Shown piece after piece: positions 13,831 to 26,393 of a stretch of 64,000 bases of DNA (position 1 is the stretch's first letter; each line of letters begins with the position of its first letter). The DNA is from Octopus bimaculoides (Eukaryota). The position numbers and the translations under genes were made by a program. Where the stretch lies: NCBI RefSeq assembly GCF_001194135.2, contig NC_069005.1, positions 3,700,374-3,764,373 of the forward strand, in the 5' to 3' direction. Under the pieces are notes generated by a model, which ran no database searches, was not told the DNA's origin, and saw only the letters and a list, made by a program, of their open reading frames with translations.

Positions 13831-15330
13831 TGTGTCTGTGTCTGTGGTCTGTGTCTGTAACTACAAATATGATGTATTTCTTTCTTCTGGACGATTTTAT
13901 TAATTTCTTATTACACTCCACCCCTTTTCATTTAATCTTTGAAATTGCTAACAGGCACTCATACGGCGTTTTCTCTCACTCGAAATGATACCAATGTACT
14001 ACGATTACCACTTGGACATCATCAAGTATAACATTTCTTTCATCCTTGACATCGAAATTCATAACCCGTCTAATATGAGCTATTGCTCTTAGTTCACGTT
14101 TTTATTTTAGTGGGACAATTTCAAAAAGAAGCTATGTTGGCCACAAAGAATAAAGGATGGCAAGTCTGAGAGTGAACAAAATATCCACAACAATCCACAA
14201 TTGTTAGTCCATAAAAATGAATTCTGTTCCGCCTATGGCTCGTATATCGTTCCAGACTAACCGCAAGCGAAACAAGGTGTATTTTGTCGAACTAACGGTT
14301 ATGGATTGTCTGTGTGTATGTGCGTGTTTTTGTCTCTGCGTGTCTGTACATCCACATGCTTATGATGCATAACGACATACACATGCACATATTTGTCTAA
14401 TATGACACTCATATGTTTATTTAGTAAATATTGAAATACTCTCGTCATAATTTGTAGTCGACATATGGCTTGGCTTCTATATATTAGTATTTATTTATTA
14501 CTACATTGCGATTAGACACGCTTCGAGAAGAATTTACCATAATCAATTCTTACGAACGCTAACTCAGCATAACTCTATGTTTTAATGAAGTGCAACTTAA
14601 TATATTTCTAGTTATATATTCGACCTCGAATTTTTACCAATTTCTCATAAATCATCGTGAGTTTCTGTTTTTTTTCTTCTTTCAATCGTTCCATCACTTA
14701 GTCAGGTTTTTTCTTTGTTTGTTTTATTGTTTTTGGCAAATTTTCTTTTTCTCTTCATACATCTTGTTTACTTTTACCTCTAACCTGAGCAGAATATATG
14801 AATAGCTGTGAATATTTGTTATCTAAAGTTAAAACACATTTTTTGGCAAGCTTGTTGTATTGAAACGTTTCGATTTAGTTTCGCCATATTCTCGTCAGTT
14901 TTATCATTTCACAGTTAATATTTTCTTTCTGGTAAATTCACAGTCTATAAACAAGGGCCACGGACAAGCAAGTAGTGGTGAGGAAAGTATTCGCTAGAAA
15001 TATCCTTGTCGGAAATAATTATATGTGGGCTCTGTGTTATAGACCCACTTAAACCGATCATAATAGGTTTGCTACTGGGTTTTGGATACCAAGACGTGGC
15101 ATTACGGTTAAAAAGAACAATGTGCGCATCAGACATAGGATTATAAAAACACTTCATGGTCTTTGTTCTAACTTAAGCTTTCTAAAACCTGGTACTCACT
15201 CGGTTACTGCGAAGAGAGTTCCTCTTGATCCGGTCACCAGAACAGCCTACTCGAGAAATTAATTTCAATCGATTGAACCCGCCACAGCCACACATAACAT
15301 TAACGTAGATCTACATTAGTAATACTAGTA

Positions 15331-15610
15331 TGAAGGCACGTGGCTTAGTTTTCAGTATTCAGCTGCCGATCATGAGGTCATAGGTACGATTTACGTCGGC
15401 CCGTTGTGTCCTTGAGCAACGCCCATTTTTCGCGTAACTGCAGTCCATTCAGGTGGAAAAAAAGAATTGTAGCTGCAATACAAAGGGCCAGACATTTTGC
15501 TTTACGTTTCAGGCTGAAGCTCCATCAAAACTATGCTTCCCAGTGGAGTGCTCAGCCACATTCACTTTAATTTCCCTAGCAGGCAGATCCGTTCATCGCA
15601 TCAACTTGAA
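15331..15610 (+). mobile_element. SINE family C, degraded
   Basis: TGAAGGCACGTGGCTTAGT..CCGTTGTGTCCTTGAGCAAC..GGAGTGCTCAGCCAC. Confidence 0.7.
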
Positions 15611-16153
15611 AACTCATTAACATAACCGAGGATTTCCAGAAAATATATTAACATGGACATTAGCTATTATAGGTTCAATTTCTTTCTACATAAAAAAATT
15701 AATAGAAAATGTGTTTTTCTAATAAAACATTATAGCATGTGAGAATGGAGTAAAGTCAGACAACATATATAGCTTTCTTTTAACTATTAAAGACAACTTT
15801 TTTTGTTGGTGTCGGTTGAATTAGAGATTGCAATTACTGATTTCTTTTAGCTGCAGTGCATCAAGTTAAATCTAACGATAGAGTCTGAAGGAATAAGTGA
15901 GCTCTGAACATGAAGAAGAATATATAAAACAGCCTGAAGATGTTGATTTGAAAGATATATTTAGCGGATGTTTACTTGCGTAGACACACGCGCACAGACA
16001 CGCATAAACGCACACACACATACACACACACACCCACACATATACATGCATATGCATACACACATATATAGTATGCATACATCTGTGGGTGTTCATATAT
16101 ACATACATATGCATACACATATAGTATGCGTACATCTGTGTATATATGTGTGC

Positions 16154-16195
<42 letters not shown>

Positions 16196-17168
16196 CATTC
16201 ATACATGCATGCGCACACATGTGCATACACAAACACGTAATCATATGTACAAATACACACACACACACACATTCATATAAATATATACACATAGACACGC
16301 GCGTGCACACGTACACACGCATATTCATGAAGTATTTAGATATTTCCTGCAGAGGTAGAACAGAAACATAGATGCTAGGTAGATAGACACAGTCTGTAGA
16401 TGTTGACTAGACAGAGAACAATATTTCAATGCACCTATGATAGATAGGCATTGGTGGTTGTCAGCCAGATAAATGTTGTAAGAGACACAACGTATGTATT
16501 CGATTAGCGCTTAACATGAATGCACATAGGCATAATAATATATACATACATGCACACATAGATATAAACATATATATATATACATATATATATATATTTG
16601 ATGTCTACATAAGTGTTGAAGCACAACATATAGTGTATAAGTTGGGCGGGAGTACACTGACAAAAAAAAACATGATAATAATAAAGGATGAAAGCCATAA
16701 GTGTTAAACACATCACGAAATAAAACACAAAACTACACAAAATAATGTAAATAAAAAAAAGACACACCTGATTTAGAAAATCCGATCAGATAATTTAGAT
16801 ATTATATTTTGTTCTTCAGGGAAACGAATTATCTCCAAGACAAATATTGAAAGATATCGTATTTAATCTGATTATTGTTGTAGTTATTATGTGTTGAAAT
16901 CTGTTTTTGTTGTATGTTACTCTTTATAGTCGTTGAGCTAGTTGTTGTTGTTGTTGATGATGTTGTTGTAGCAATTGTTATCTCAATGTTTTGCTTTCTC
17001 TCTTGTTGTAATTGTTGTTATTATTATTATTATTATTATTTGGCTTGAAGAATTTTGCTGTATTGTTTTGTTGTTAGCTTCGTGTTCGTTGGGCGATGAA
17101 GAAATGTTTAACTTAAGAAACACATCTTTTATTTCATGCACATTATTATTATTATTAATAATAATAAT

Positions 17169-17375
17169 GTGACCTGGCAGAATCGTTAGCACGCCGGACG
17201 AAATAGAGATATTTCGTCTGCCGCTACGATGTGAGTTCAAATTTCGTCGGGGCTGAGTTTGCTTTCATCCTTTCGGAGTCGATAAATTAAGTACTAATTA
17301 CGTACTGAGGTGGATGCAATCGACTTGTCCTCTCCCTGAAATTTCTTACCTTGTGCCTATAGCAGAAATGATTAT
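17169..17375 (+). mobile_element. SINE family A
   Basis: CTGGCAGAATCGTTAGCACGCCGGACG..GAGTTCAAAT..CCTTGTGCCTATAGCAGAAATGATTATTATT, flanked by (TTA)/(AAT) runs. Confidence 0.85.
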
Positions 17376-18679
17376 TATTATGACTACTACTACTACTACT
17401 TCTAAAGAGATTATATTTACGTGGCTTAAATTGTTTGCATACAATAAAATTTTACGACTGTCAAGAAATCGAGTTCGGAATTGTTTGCCATTCACAAACA
17501 CAAAGACGCACGGACACTAACACACATACAAATGCACACACACACACAAACACTCGTGCATGCATGTGATATTGGTGGATTCTATGAAGATAGGCTACTT
17601 AAACCCAATTCTGGAGCTGTTAAAGTGAGGATATCTGCAAAAATCTTTACAGGGATTGATTACGTTCCATAAACGCGTACAGGCATTGCCAAGCATCGAC
17701 TAACTTTACCTCATGCTAATCCCCGTAATATTCCGAGAAGAAAAGTGGTGCAGAAGACACTATTTTTATTGAATGATATTATGAAAGAGAAAAACATTTC
17801 TTCTTTTGAATTAAGATTCTCCTTCACTGTAAGATTTAATATAGGTATAGAATGCAAAATGTTGCTGAGGAGATGTGATACATTATAACTAGTGCTAGAC
17901 ATATATAAGATGTAATATGTCTAGGAATTGGTAATATATAACACGATAACGTTCTAGAACTTGAAAACATTCTGGAACAAGAGTTTAAGTGATTCTGTTC
18001 TGTCTTGAAGAACAGAGTTATTAAATCATATAAAAATATAAAAAAACAAAAAAAACCCAGTTTACTTCAGGGGAATTAAAAGTAAAATGAAACATTTCTC
18101 TCTCCTCCCCATCTGTCTCTCCCCCCTCTCTCTCTCTCTCTATATATATATACATATATATAGTTGGAGATTGTCAATTCTGGAAAATTATGTTATAAGC
18201 TCTCCATTTACACACCAGACTTAAAGTATATTTTAGATTAGAGATGAAGTGCACGCATTCTTATGGTACGTCTCGAGGTTATGTCTCATCAGTTTTCTAT
18301 TTAGTAAATCCATAGTTCTTTTCTCAGTTATGCTGGTATTTTACACAGTTGTATAGAAGACAGGGCAGAGGTATATGTCACTGCACATTTCTTTATTTTA
18401 CTGTGATCCCCTCAGTGTAAATCAGTCCCGGTGCCAACCAAGCGGAACCTTCGAAGTAGCAAATATCCAAGGTATATACGGCAGGCTATTCTTTAGGACA
18501 AGCATATCTTGATTAAATTGAAAACATTGTCGTAAGGAGGTATATGTTAACATATAGCAGACGCAATAATGATCTGATTGAATCATCAATATGCTAACAT
18601 CTACCCTTTTGCGACGTTCCGAAGCAGTTGTCCTCTTTATCTTTAATTTTTCAGTGGTGATGTTACGTACCTTTGCTTC

Positions 18680-18930
18680 TCCGTCCCGAACAACAATATC
18701 CGGTCATTGATGTTAACATTTGACGGAAATTTTGATGGGAATATTCCAGCAGTATTCCTTGAGTTGGTATTTATGAATTTATTCCACACCAGAGGGATTT
18801 CCCAAGTTTATTTCAGGACAGTTTTTTTTTTTTTTTTACGGATGGCATTGTAAATTGTTTTAGCAATAATATCGTGAGGCATAGGAAGGTAGTACCGTAT
18901 CGACATTTTGGGACAGCTGCTATGTATGTA
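18680..18930 (-). mobile_element. R4/Dong-type non-LTR retrotransposon C-terminal fragment (CCHC knuckle end + restriction-like endonuclease)
   Basis: Minus strand CPKMSIRYYLPMPHDIIAKTIYNAIRKK (18836-18915), then CWNIPI....PDIVVRD (to 18680). These resemble the H...C...Y..RHD and W...RPD.V.D motifs of RLE-clade LINEs. Stops and frameshifts present. Confidence 0.65.
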
Positions 18931-19397
18931 TGAAATTGCTCCGAAATAATGTTTCATTCTGACGTTGATGAGTACCAGCTGAATCATCAGCTTTTAAAAA
19001 AAACAATTATAAATTCAGAATGGGTAGGGTATCGTGCGTGCAGAAGAAAAACACATTATTTAAATAATTTAATATGAAACCCGGGTCTAAATATCGCACG
19101 AACGTAAATTGCAGTAGCTGTAATTAGTTCAGGTAGGTTAATTAGATTTCCGCTATAAGACTCGAATAGAATTACCTAGAATTAACTAATAACTTGTTCT
19201 ACACCTCTTCGAATCGACTGTCTAATAAAACAGTGGCTGTCTATTGTCTAGACGTCAATCTACGAATTATGAAAACATAACAGTCAGTATTGGCATAAAT
19301 TTGCAATATATGTTCTTTTGATTATTTTAAATAATTTTGCTTGTTTTGCACATCAACTAAAACAATACCAGAGCGAATCAAAAATAGGAATATGAAG

Positions 19398-19448
<51 letters not shown>

Positions 19449-19699
19449 CATGACAAGTTGTCATTTGAGTCGATAGAACCTATCAATTATTATATAAAGC
19501 ATCATTTATGTTTTATATTCAGAATTATTTTTTTAGCAACATTTACTGTTGTTTTTTATGAATTAAAAATCACTCCAGAATAAAAACTTTTAACGGATGA
19601 CGAAGGGTGTTTACATGTAGATATACATACATTGTATAGACACACACGCTCATTATATAAATATATTTGCAGAGAGAGGTGGGGAGGTAACATATCTTT

Positions 19700-19930
19700 T
19701 GTCATTTGCTCGTTTCAGTCTTTGAATATCGGCCATTATGTTGCACCGATCCGATTTGAAGAACATTTTGTCGAAGGAATCGAGCTTATTATTTATTTAT
19801 TTATTAAAACCTGGTAATAATTCTGTCAACCCCTTTTGCCGAACCGCTAGTTTACTGGGACGCATACACAACAAGACTAGTTATCGAGCAGTGATGCGTG
19901 TCTCACCAGCCCAAACACACACATACGTAC
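19700..19930 (-). mobile_element. SINE family B 3' half, degraded
   Basis: CGTTTCAGTC..GGCCAT..TTTTGCCGAACCGCTAG is the reverse complement of the family B 3' part. Confidence 0.65.
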
Positions 19931-19979
19931 ACGAAACAAACGCACACACACACACATGTATATTTATATTTTTTTCCAC

Positions 19980-20405
19980 CGTCTGACCGAACTTCTCTTC
20001 CTAAACGATACTCGTACGCCGGAAATTTTTTACCAACATGCTCGAGGGTGGCCATGGGAACGAGAATGAGCAAACCTGTTCGTTGGCTACGTTAATTTCC
20101 AAATATTCTCACGATTCACTGGTCCCACTCCAGAAATATACGGTTGTTATCTCGATGCCTTTGTCGGTGCGACATCAGTCTCCAGCGTACAACTAAACTC
20201 CTTCCTCCCTTTTGTTAAATCCTTCTATCCTACCCTCGAATTCTTCCGCGCTAATTCTAACTCTTCCGTCCAATTTCTCGACATTTCTATCACTATACAC
20301 CACTCCGCTCTCACTACCTCCATACACTACAAACACACCGACCCACATTCCTACCTTAACTTCTCTTCCACCCACCTTACCCGCACCAAGATTTCCATCC
20401 CCTAC
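19980..20405 (+). mobile_element. Penelope-like element reverse transcriptase fragment (frameshifted)
   Basis: Manual translation across frameshifts: RLTELL..FYQH / GVAMGTRM / NLFVGYV..TGPTPEIYGCYLDAFVGATS..LNSFLPFVKSFYPTLEF..NSSVQFLDISITI..LTTSIHYKHTDPHSYLNFSSTH..TKISIPY. This matches PLE RT motifs (G.AMG..M, degenerate Y.DD, FLD, VHYKPTD.HSYL.Y.SSHP, SIPY). Confidence 0.88.
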
Positions 20406-22270
20406 TGCGAAGACTGCAATGACGACCGCGAGGTAAAAGTTTGCGAGAGTCTAAAAACGATTCGGACACTTTGAACAGTATTTGTTTAGCGTCTTTTTTG
20501 TTTTGAGTTCAAATGTCGCTAATGCCAACTTTACCTTTCGTTCTTTCGAGTAACTCATGTAATCAACTATGCTGCTCTCCCCATAAAGTGCTGTCCTTGC
20601 CCCTAAATCAGAACGTAATAATTATAAATCTAATTGTTGATATTTCTTACTGTGATAAGGAAAATTTGTGAGGTGAATTTGAGGGGAAATGTGTCAGGGT
20701 TAAAGTGTTAAACGAAAAATCACTTCTGAAAATCTCACCACTAAATAGATATGATGGGAAATGGCGACTCCTTGTGTAATCATTCAGAGCTTTAGTTATA
20801 CTTTTAGGAACATACTAGACAACACTTATGGAAGATTGGCAGAAGATACCGGACAAGTTTGAAATACAAATGAAGGAAATATCTCAGAAACCCAATGAAA
20901 ATTGACTGCCAAGGAGAAAATGTCATGCAATAAATTAAATAAGGTTAAATGTGTTATCTAAAGATGTAGGTTTTTTGCTTACACAAACAAAAACTCCCTT
21001 CTGACTGGTATAGTCTGGAATAAGTACGTTATAACGTTTCATCCGACAACCGGGACGATGTTACAACTTATTTGTTCTGGAAGCTACTATTTCACATGAA
21101 AACAAGATTCACTTGTGCTGAAAGAACAGATTAGTAGTTATGTACACGGATATAGATAGATCATTATGAGAGTAGTAATGATCTATGCCATAATACACAT
21201 AATATTCTCAGACTTCGGCAGATTCTCGAGCATTTTTGTGTACTTTACAGTGTTTTGTTAAGGAGAAACACAAATAACATATCAGATAGTTTGTGTTGGA
21301 TTATTAGCGAGCTTAGAGGAATCCGAAAAATTATTATGTCAGAAAGAATTCAAGGGGAAAAAACTACGTCAGTAAAGGCGTGTTCGCTTGTTTGACAGAT
21401 ATTACATCCATTCTCATCTATGAAGTTATAGACGTTGAAAAATCGATATGAATCATCTAGGTCATATATATGGAACATATTTGCTACTTTAACAAACAGA
21501 GGCAGTTTACATTTTCCACTTGATCGAATTTTTTGATATACGAACCGCAAATGCATTACATGTTCGCTCAACATATTCTCAACTAGGCTAAACGAATCGT
21601 TTTCTAGATGGAAAGCTTGCATGAACAGGATTATAACTTCAATAGGAGTGAACTGACAGGTTTATATTATAAATAATAAATGGGGCGAATATGACATGAA
21701 AGAGAATTATTAGAGAATCCGTTTTGTTATGTAAGAAATTACACATAAAAAACACTTAATTCATTTGTAGACGAGTGACTATGACCGTAAAACGATTTCA
21801 TTTTTATCAACACCAACCCTTGAAGATCTATTGAAATTTTAAATTTAAATGTGATATGTTCAATTTAAAAATTATAAATTGAATCGTAATAATATCTTCC
21901 TTTGTTGGTGTTCCAATCCATCTAATTAAATGGAAATGGTTTAAATGGAACCGATATTACTATCTGGTTGTTTTTCTAGATGAGTACGCATTGTTCTCGT
22001 TATCAGATCCTGGCTTCAGTTGCATGAACAGCAACATCTAGCATGATGTTTCGATCACATGTCATCCGCTCACAAGAGTTTCGAATCACAAACTGTTTCG
22101 CTCATGTCCGTCTCATTTATCGTTTGTATGAAATTTTGATCCTTCGATGGTTCTACTAACGTAACTCATGCTGTATGTACATGGAGCAAAGATACTGTCA
22201 AAATTGAAGTGTACGCCATCGATGAGACCGTTACATCTATAGAGATTTTGATACTTTGATATGGTCTAAA

Positions 22271-22728
22271 CGGGATCCGGTCAGTAAGTATCCGGACTGT
22301 TGCTATAGTAACGAATCTAAAGCACTCGGAGTGAAACTGCTTGAGAAAGAATGATCACGAACTGCACTGTGTATGCGCACCAAGGTTTAGCGTTCCAGCT
22401 CATTTCTGCTGTTTACGACAGTGCTCAGAACGAGGGTGTGTAGCGTGTGATCGTGACAGTGACCACGACGGAAAAATTCATGGCGATAGCTTCTCAGAGG
22501 CTTGCGGAAAGTTTCAGGAAGTGAATGAAGAGGAGTGTATGAGGCGCAGACAAGTGTACGAGTGGTTCACACGTTTCCAAGATGGAAGAAACTAAAGATT
22601 TGGTTATGAGTCGCGTGCCTGCCAAGTTTATGCCATAACTGCTTTCAGTTGACCCAAATGACATTCGGGTTTCAGTTGTACAGGATCGCCTTGATTGTGT
22701 CGAGAACGAGGAAAACTTTTGGAAAACC
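22271..22728 (+). mobile_element. Mariner-like transposon 5' end with deleted transposase N-terminus (arm A)
   Basis: TIR-like CGGGATCCGGTCAGTAAGTATCCGGACTGTTGCTATA (22271-22307). Peptides HGDSFSEACGKFQEVNEEECMRRRQVYEWFTRFQDGR and DLVMSRVPAKFMP*LLSVDPNDIRVSVVQDRLDCVENEENFWK correspond to mariner HTH1 and the WVP-linker region. It stops before the catalytic domain. Confidence 0.85.
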
Positions 22729-22968
22729 TTGCGTAGGCCACTGAGCAGCTTTCGGCAAGCTTTTGTCAAAATTTGATGCACATTCTCTGCTGAACTTTCT
22801 TTGTCATGATAAATGCGACGATCATACGCAATACACCTTCTTCCAAGCACTGATGTAAACGGCGGAATTGAACTACACAGTGAAAACTTTCAAGGTCAAT
22901 CTGTGCCAAGCGGCTTTATGCTGCGAACTTTAATATGGCAACAGTCCATATACTTATTGATCAGATCA
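22710..22968 (-). mobile_element. Second mariner-like 5' end, inverted (arm B)
   Basis: Minus strand TA|CGTGATCTGATCAATAAGTAT--GGACTGTTGCCATA (TIR 22934-22968, TA at 22969-70). The 5' UTR aligns to arm A, then ATG at 22807: MTKKVQQRMCIKF*QKLAESCSVAYARF, a typical mariner N-terminus (EQR..IKF). Confidence 0.85.
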
Positions 22969-24709
22969 CGTATCTATAGAAATTTTTAAACTGACGTTTT
23001 TTTTTTTCTTTTGTTCGGCTATACTTTACTCTTGTCTTTATTACCTAGCTAGAAGTCCCGCATGAAAAGGCTATTATAGGAATATTGTCGTGTTTCTCAT
23101 ATCCTGCTATCACTGGCAAATCCAGAGATCACAAAAGAAGGCAGCGATAAGTAACGATATTCTTGGGAAGATGGTAGAAATAGATGATCAACTGAAAATT
23201 ACGTTTCCGTAGTTTATGGGGCAATTTTTAGTAGCCTATATTTTCGGAAAGCTGATATGAAGAATTTCCAGGATAGAATCTGAGAGTGCCAAGTGTGTTG
23301 TAATCCAGCGCTGTCTGAAATGGGCAGAGAGTGACAAAATATTTTCCTATGCACTCGTTCCGTGCTCAAATGTGGGAATATAAAGTTATGTTGAAATACT
23401 CGTGTGCCGGATGAGTTCGCTATTTAACTGATCCATCATGAAGATCACCTCGCATCCTTTATCATTTCACAGGGAGGGTAACCACTCTCTCCGTTTCTGG
23501 TTTCTGTCTGTCTCTGTGTGTATCTGTCTCCCTCTATCTCTCTCTGACTCCTCCCTCTCATTCACACACACACTCTGTCTGAAGGCAAGAATAGAAGATT
23601 TTCATCTACGGTTATATTCATACTAATACTTTTGCATATACGACTTGCAGTATAAAAGAAAGGGAACCGATAGAACAATGAGAAAGGCAGAATGAGATAA
23701 ACATTTCGGAAGCACAGCAGAGATTTCCCTTCGTGTTTTATTTGGGTTTTGCTCATTAACTAACTATAGGACTTATAACTGACAACATTTCTCTGTGCTG
23801 GTTTTTTGTATTTTTTTTCACAACTCATTTGTTTCGGCCTCACCGTGTTTAGAAATAGCGTTACTAACATATCCATATTCATGTAAACAAATAACAAAAC
23901 TATTATTTTTATTACTTCTGTTTAAAAGAGGGAAAAAAATATCATTGTTGTTATTAACATACTTTTACGGCTTTTTTTCTTTTTATTTTAAATTGCAATT
24001 CCTAGCGTTGTCAATGGGATGATAAAAAGTTACTATTGTAATGTAATAACAGTTTGTAAAAGAAAGAGGGAATATATTATATTGAATTTACGTGGACGTT
24101 TGTGGCAGGTATAATATTAGACGAAAGTTGATTGTAGAATTGTATAAAGTTTATTGATCTCCAGCTCTCTATGCCATTCCCGTATGCCCGAATTTGTAAT
24201 TTATTAACAACATTGTCTGTTTTTTCCCACTTTTCTATTCAACATCATTTCAAAATGAATGCAGTATTTTCCTAAGTTCAAAGTTTAAAACATCTTTCAT
24301 TTCTTCATCTGCGTATTTCTATTTTTGTTCTATCCTTTATTATTATATTTTTTTTTTACATATATTATTTTTTGATTTTCTTTTTATTGCAAGGCACTAA
24401 TTTAAAAAGATTTACATTATTGCAAACTTGTGTGTGTGTGTCCATGTGTGCATTAGCTTGTGAAACTATGAGCATATATATATATNNNNNNNNNNNNNNN
24501 NNNNNNNNNNNNNNNNNNNNNNNNNNNNNNNNNNNNNNNNNNNNNNNNNNNNNNNNNNNNNNNNNNNNNNNNNNNNNNNNNNNNNNNNNNNNNNNNNNNN
24601 NNNNNNNNNNNNNNNNNNNNNNNNNNNNNNNNNNNNNNNNNNNNNNNNNNNNNNNNNNNNNNNNNNNNNNNNNNNNNNNNNNNNNNNNNNNNNNNNNNNN
24701 NNNNNNNNN

Positions 24710-24763
<54 letters not shown>

Positions 24764-25311
24764 GCTTGTACGCACACAGACGCTGACACACACATGTATG
24801 TATATACTCAAAGAAACAAATACATGGATATGTACACATAAATATATCTATTCTATATACGCTTGTAAGCACACAGACGCAGACACACACACATACACAA
24901 ACACGTATATACTCACACAAAGAAATACGTGTATATATGCACACATATATGCCTATATATGCATATCTTACGTACACATGTATCAACACATGCATACACA
25001 CATTTCAAAGTAAAAAAAAAACCCCAGCAAAATCATATTTATGTGGAAATTAGTCTGTATATTATTTATTCATAACGCACATTGTATTGGTTACCCAGTA
25101 ATTATATATGTGTGCTGCATAGCTATGTGAAGTTATGAAATATGTATGAACGGGTGGCGATTTTTACGCGGCTTGCTTTTGTATAGGAATGAATATATTC
25201 GCAATATATTCATAGGAGCCACCGTATGTGTATAACATTCAAGCTTATGGGCTTATACGCACGAACTGTATACATATGTATACGCATAATACACACTGCA
25301 TACATACATAT

Positions 25312-25359
<48 letters not shown>

Positions 25360-25500
25360 GCACATACGGTAGCCAATACGTATATTTACGTATATGTATA
25401 GATATATACATACACGAATTATAATTGAAATATATTCTACAAATGCATTCTATCAATTATGCAATGTTCATTGGTTTATACATATAAAACATTTATTTTA

Positions 25501-25526
25501 AATATGTGAGCATTTCTATGAATGTC

Positions 25527-25557
<31 letters not shown>

Positions 25558-25759
25558 ACACGCACGCACACACACACACACACACATATACATGTAGGGA
25601 GTTAGTGACAAGAATGCTTATCAATATGTGAGCGTTTCTATGAATGTCCACGCACACTCACATGCACTTGCGAACACACGCACGCATGTCCCGCACGCTC
25701 ATACACACACCCATGTGGGGATGTAATGTAGGGATGTAATGACAAGTATTCTTATCAAT
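25501..25759 (+). repeat. Local tandem duplication, two ~120-135 bp units
   Basis: Both units start AATATGTGAGC.TTTCTATGAATGTCCAC and end TGACAAG.AT.CTTATCAAT. Confidence 0.9.
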
Positions 25760-25914
25760 GAATATGCAGTTACCTGACGTGTGGTCGCTTCCAATGTGTG
25801 TTTATTCATAAATGTGTGTATATATAACCAATCTATCGCTCGCTCTTTATATGTGCGTGTGTGTGTTTTCTGGCTTCATTTAGTGAAATAGAACTCAATA
25901 CATTTATATATATA

Positions 25915-25963
<49 letters not shown>

Positions 25964-25980
25964 CAGTGTATGTGCATATA

Positions 25981-26303
25981 GTGCAGGCGCTTGGCTCAGT
26001 GGACAGAACCTCGGACTTACGACCGTGAGGTTGAGAGTTCAAATCCAGGTCCGGGCTGCGAGTTGTGTTCTTGAGCAAAACACTTTATTTCACATTGCTC
26101 CAGTTCACTCATCTGCGGCGTCGCAAGTGCCTAGCTGTATTGGCCCTTGCCTTTCCCTAGGACAACACCAGTGGCGTGGAGAGCGGAGGCTGATATGCAT
26201 GGGCGACTGCTGGTCTTCCAGAAACAACCCTGCCCGGACTTGTGCCACGGAGGGTAACTTTCTTGGTGCAATCCCATGGTCATTTGTGACCGACGTGGGT
26301 CTC
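25981..26303 (+). mobile_element. tRNA-derived SINE family C (alternative 3' body)
   Basis: GGCGCTTGGCTCAGTGG (A-box)..GAGTTCAAATCC (B-box)..TTGTGTTCTTGAGCAAAACACTTTATTTCACATTGCTCCAG. Confidence 0.85.
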
Positions 26304-26359
26304 CGATGTGTGTATATATATAGAATGTATGTATGTGTATATAAATATATAATGTACGA

Positions 26360-26393
<34 letters not shown>

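Noticed and set aside
17895-17924. 10-bp inverted repeat CTAGACATAT/ATATGTCTAG
   Set aside because: Short and AT-rich with a 10-nt loop; compatible with chance.
21350-21622. 90-aa minus-strand ORF
   Set aside because: No recognisable motif, splice signals or repeat homology.
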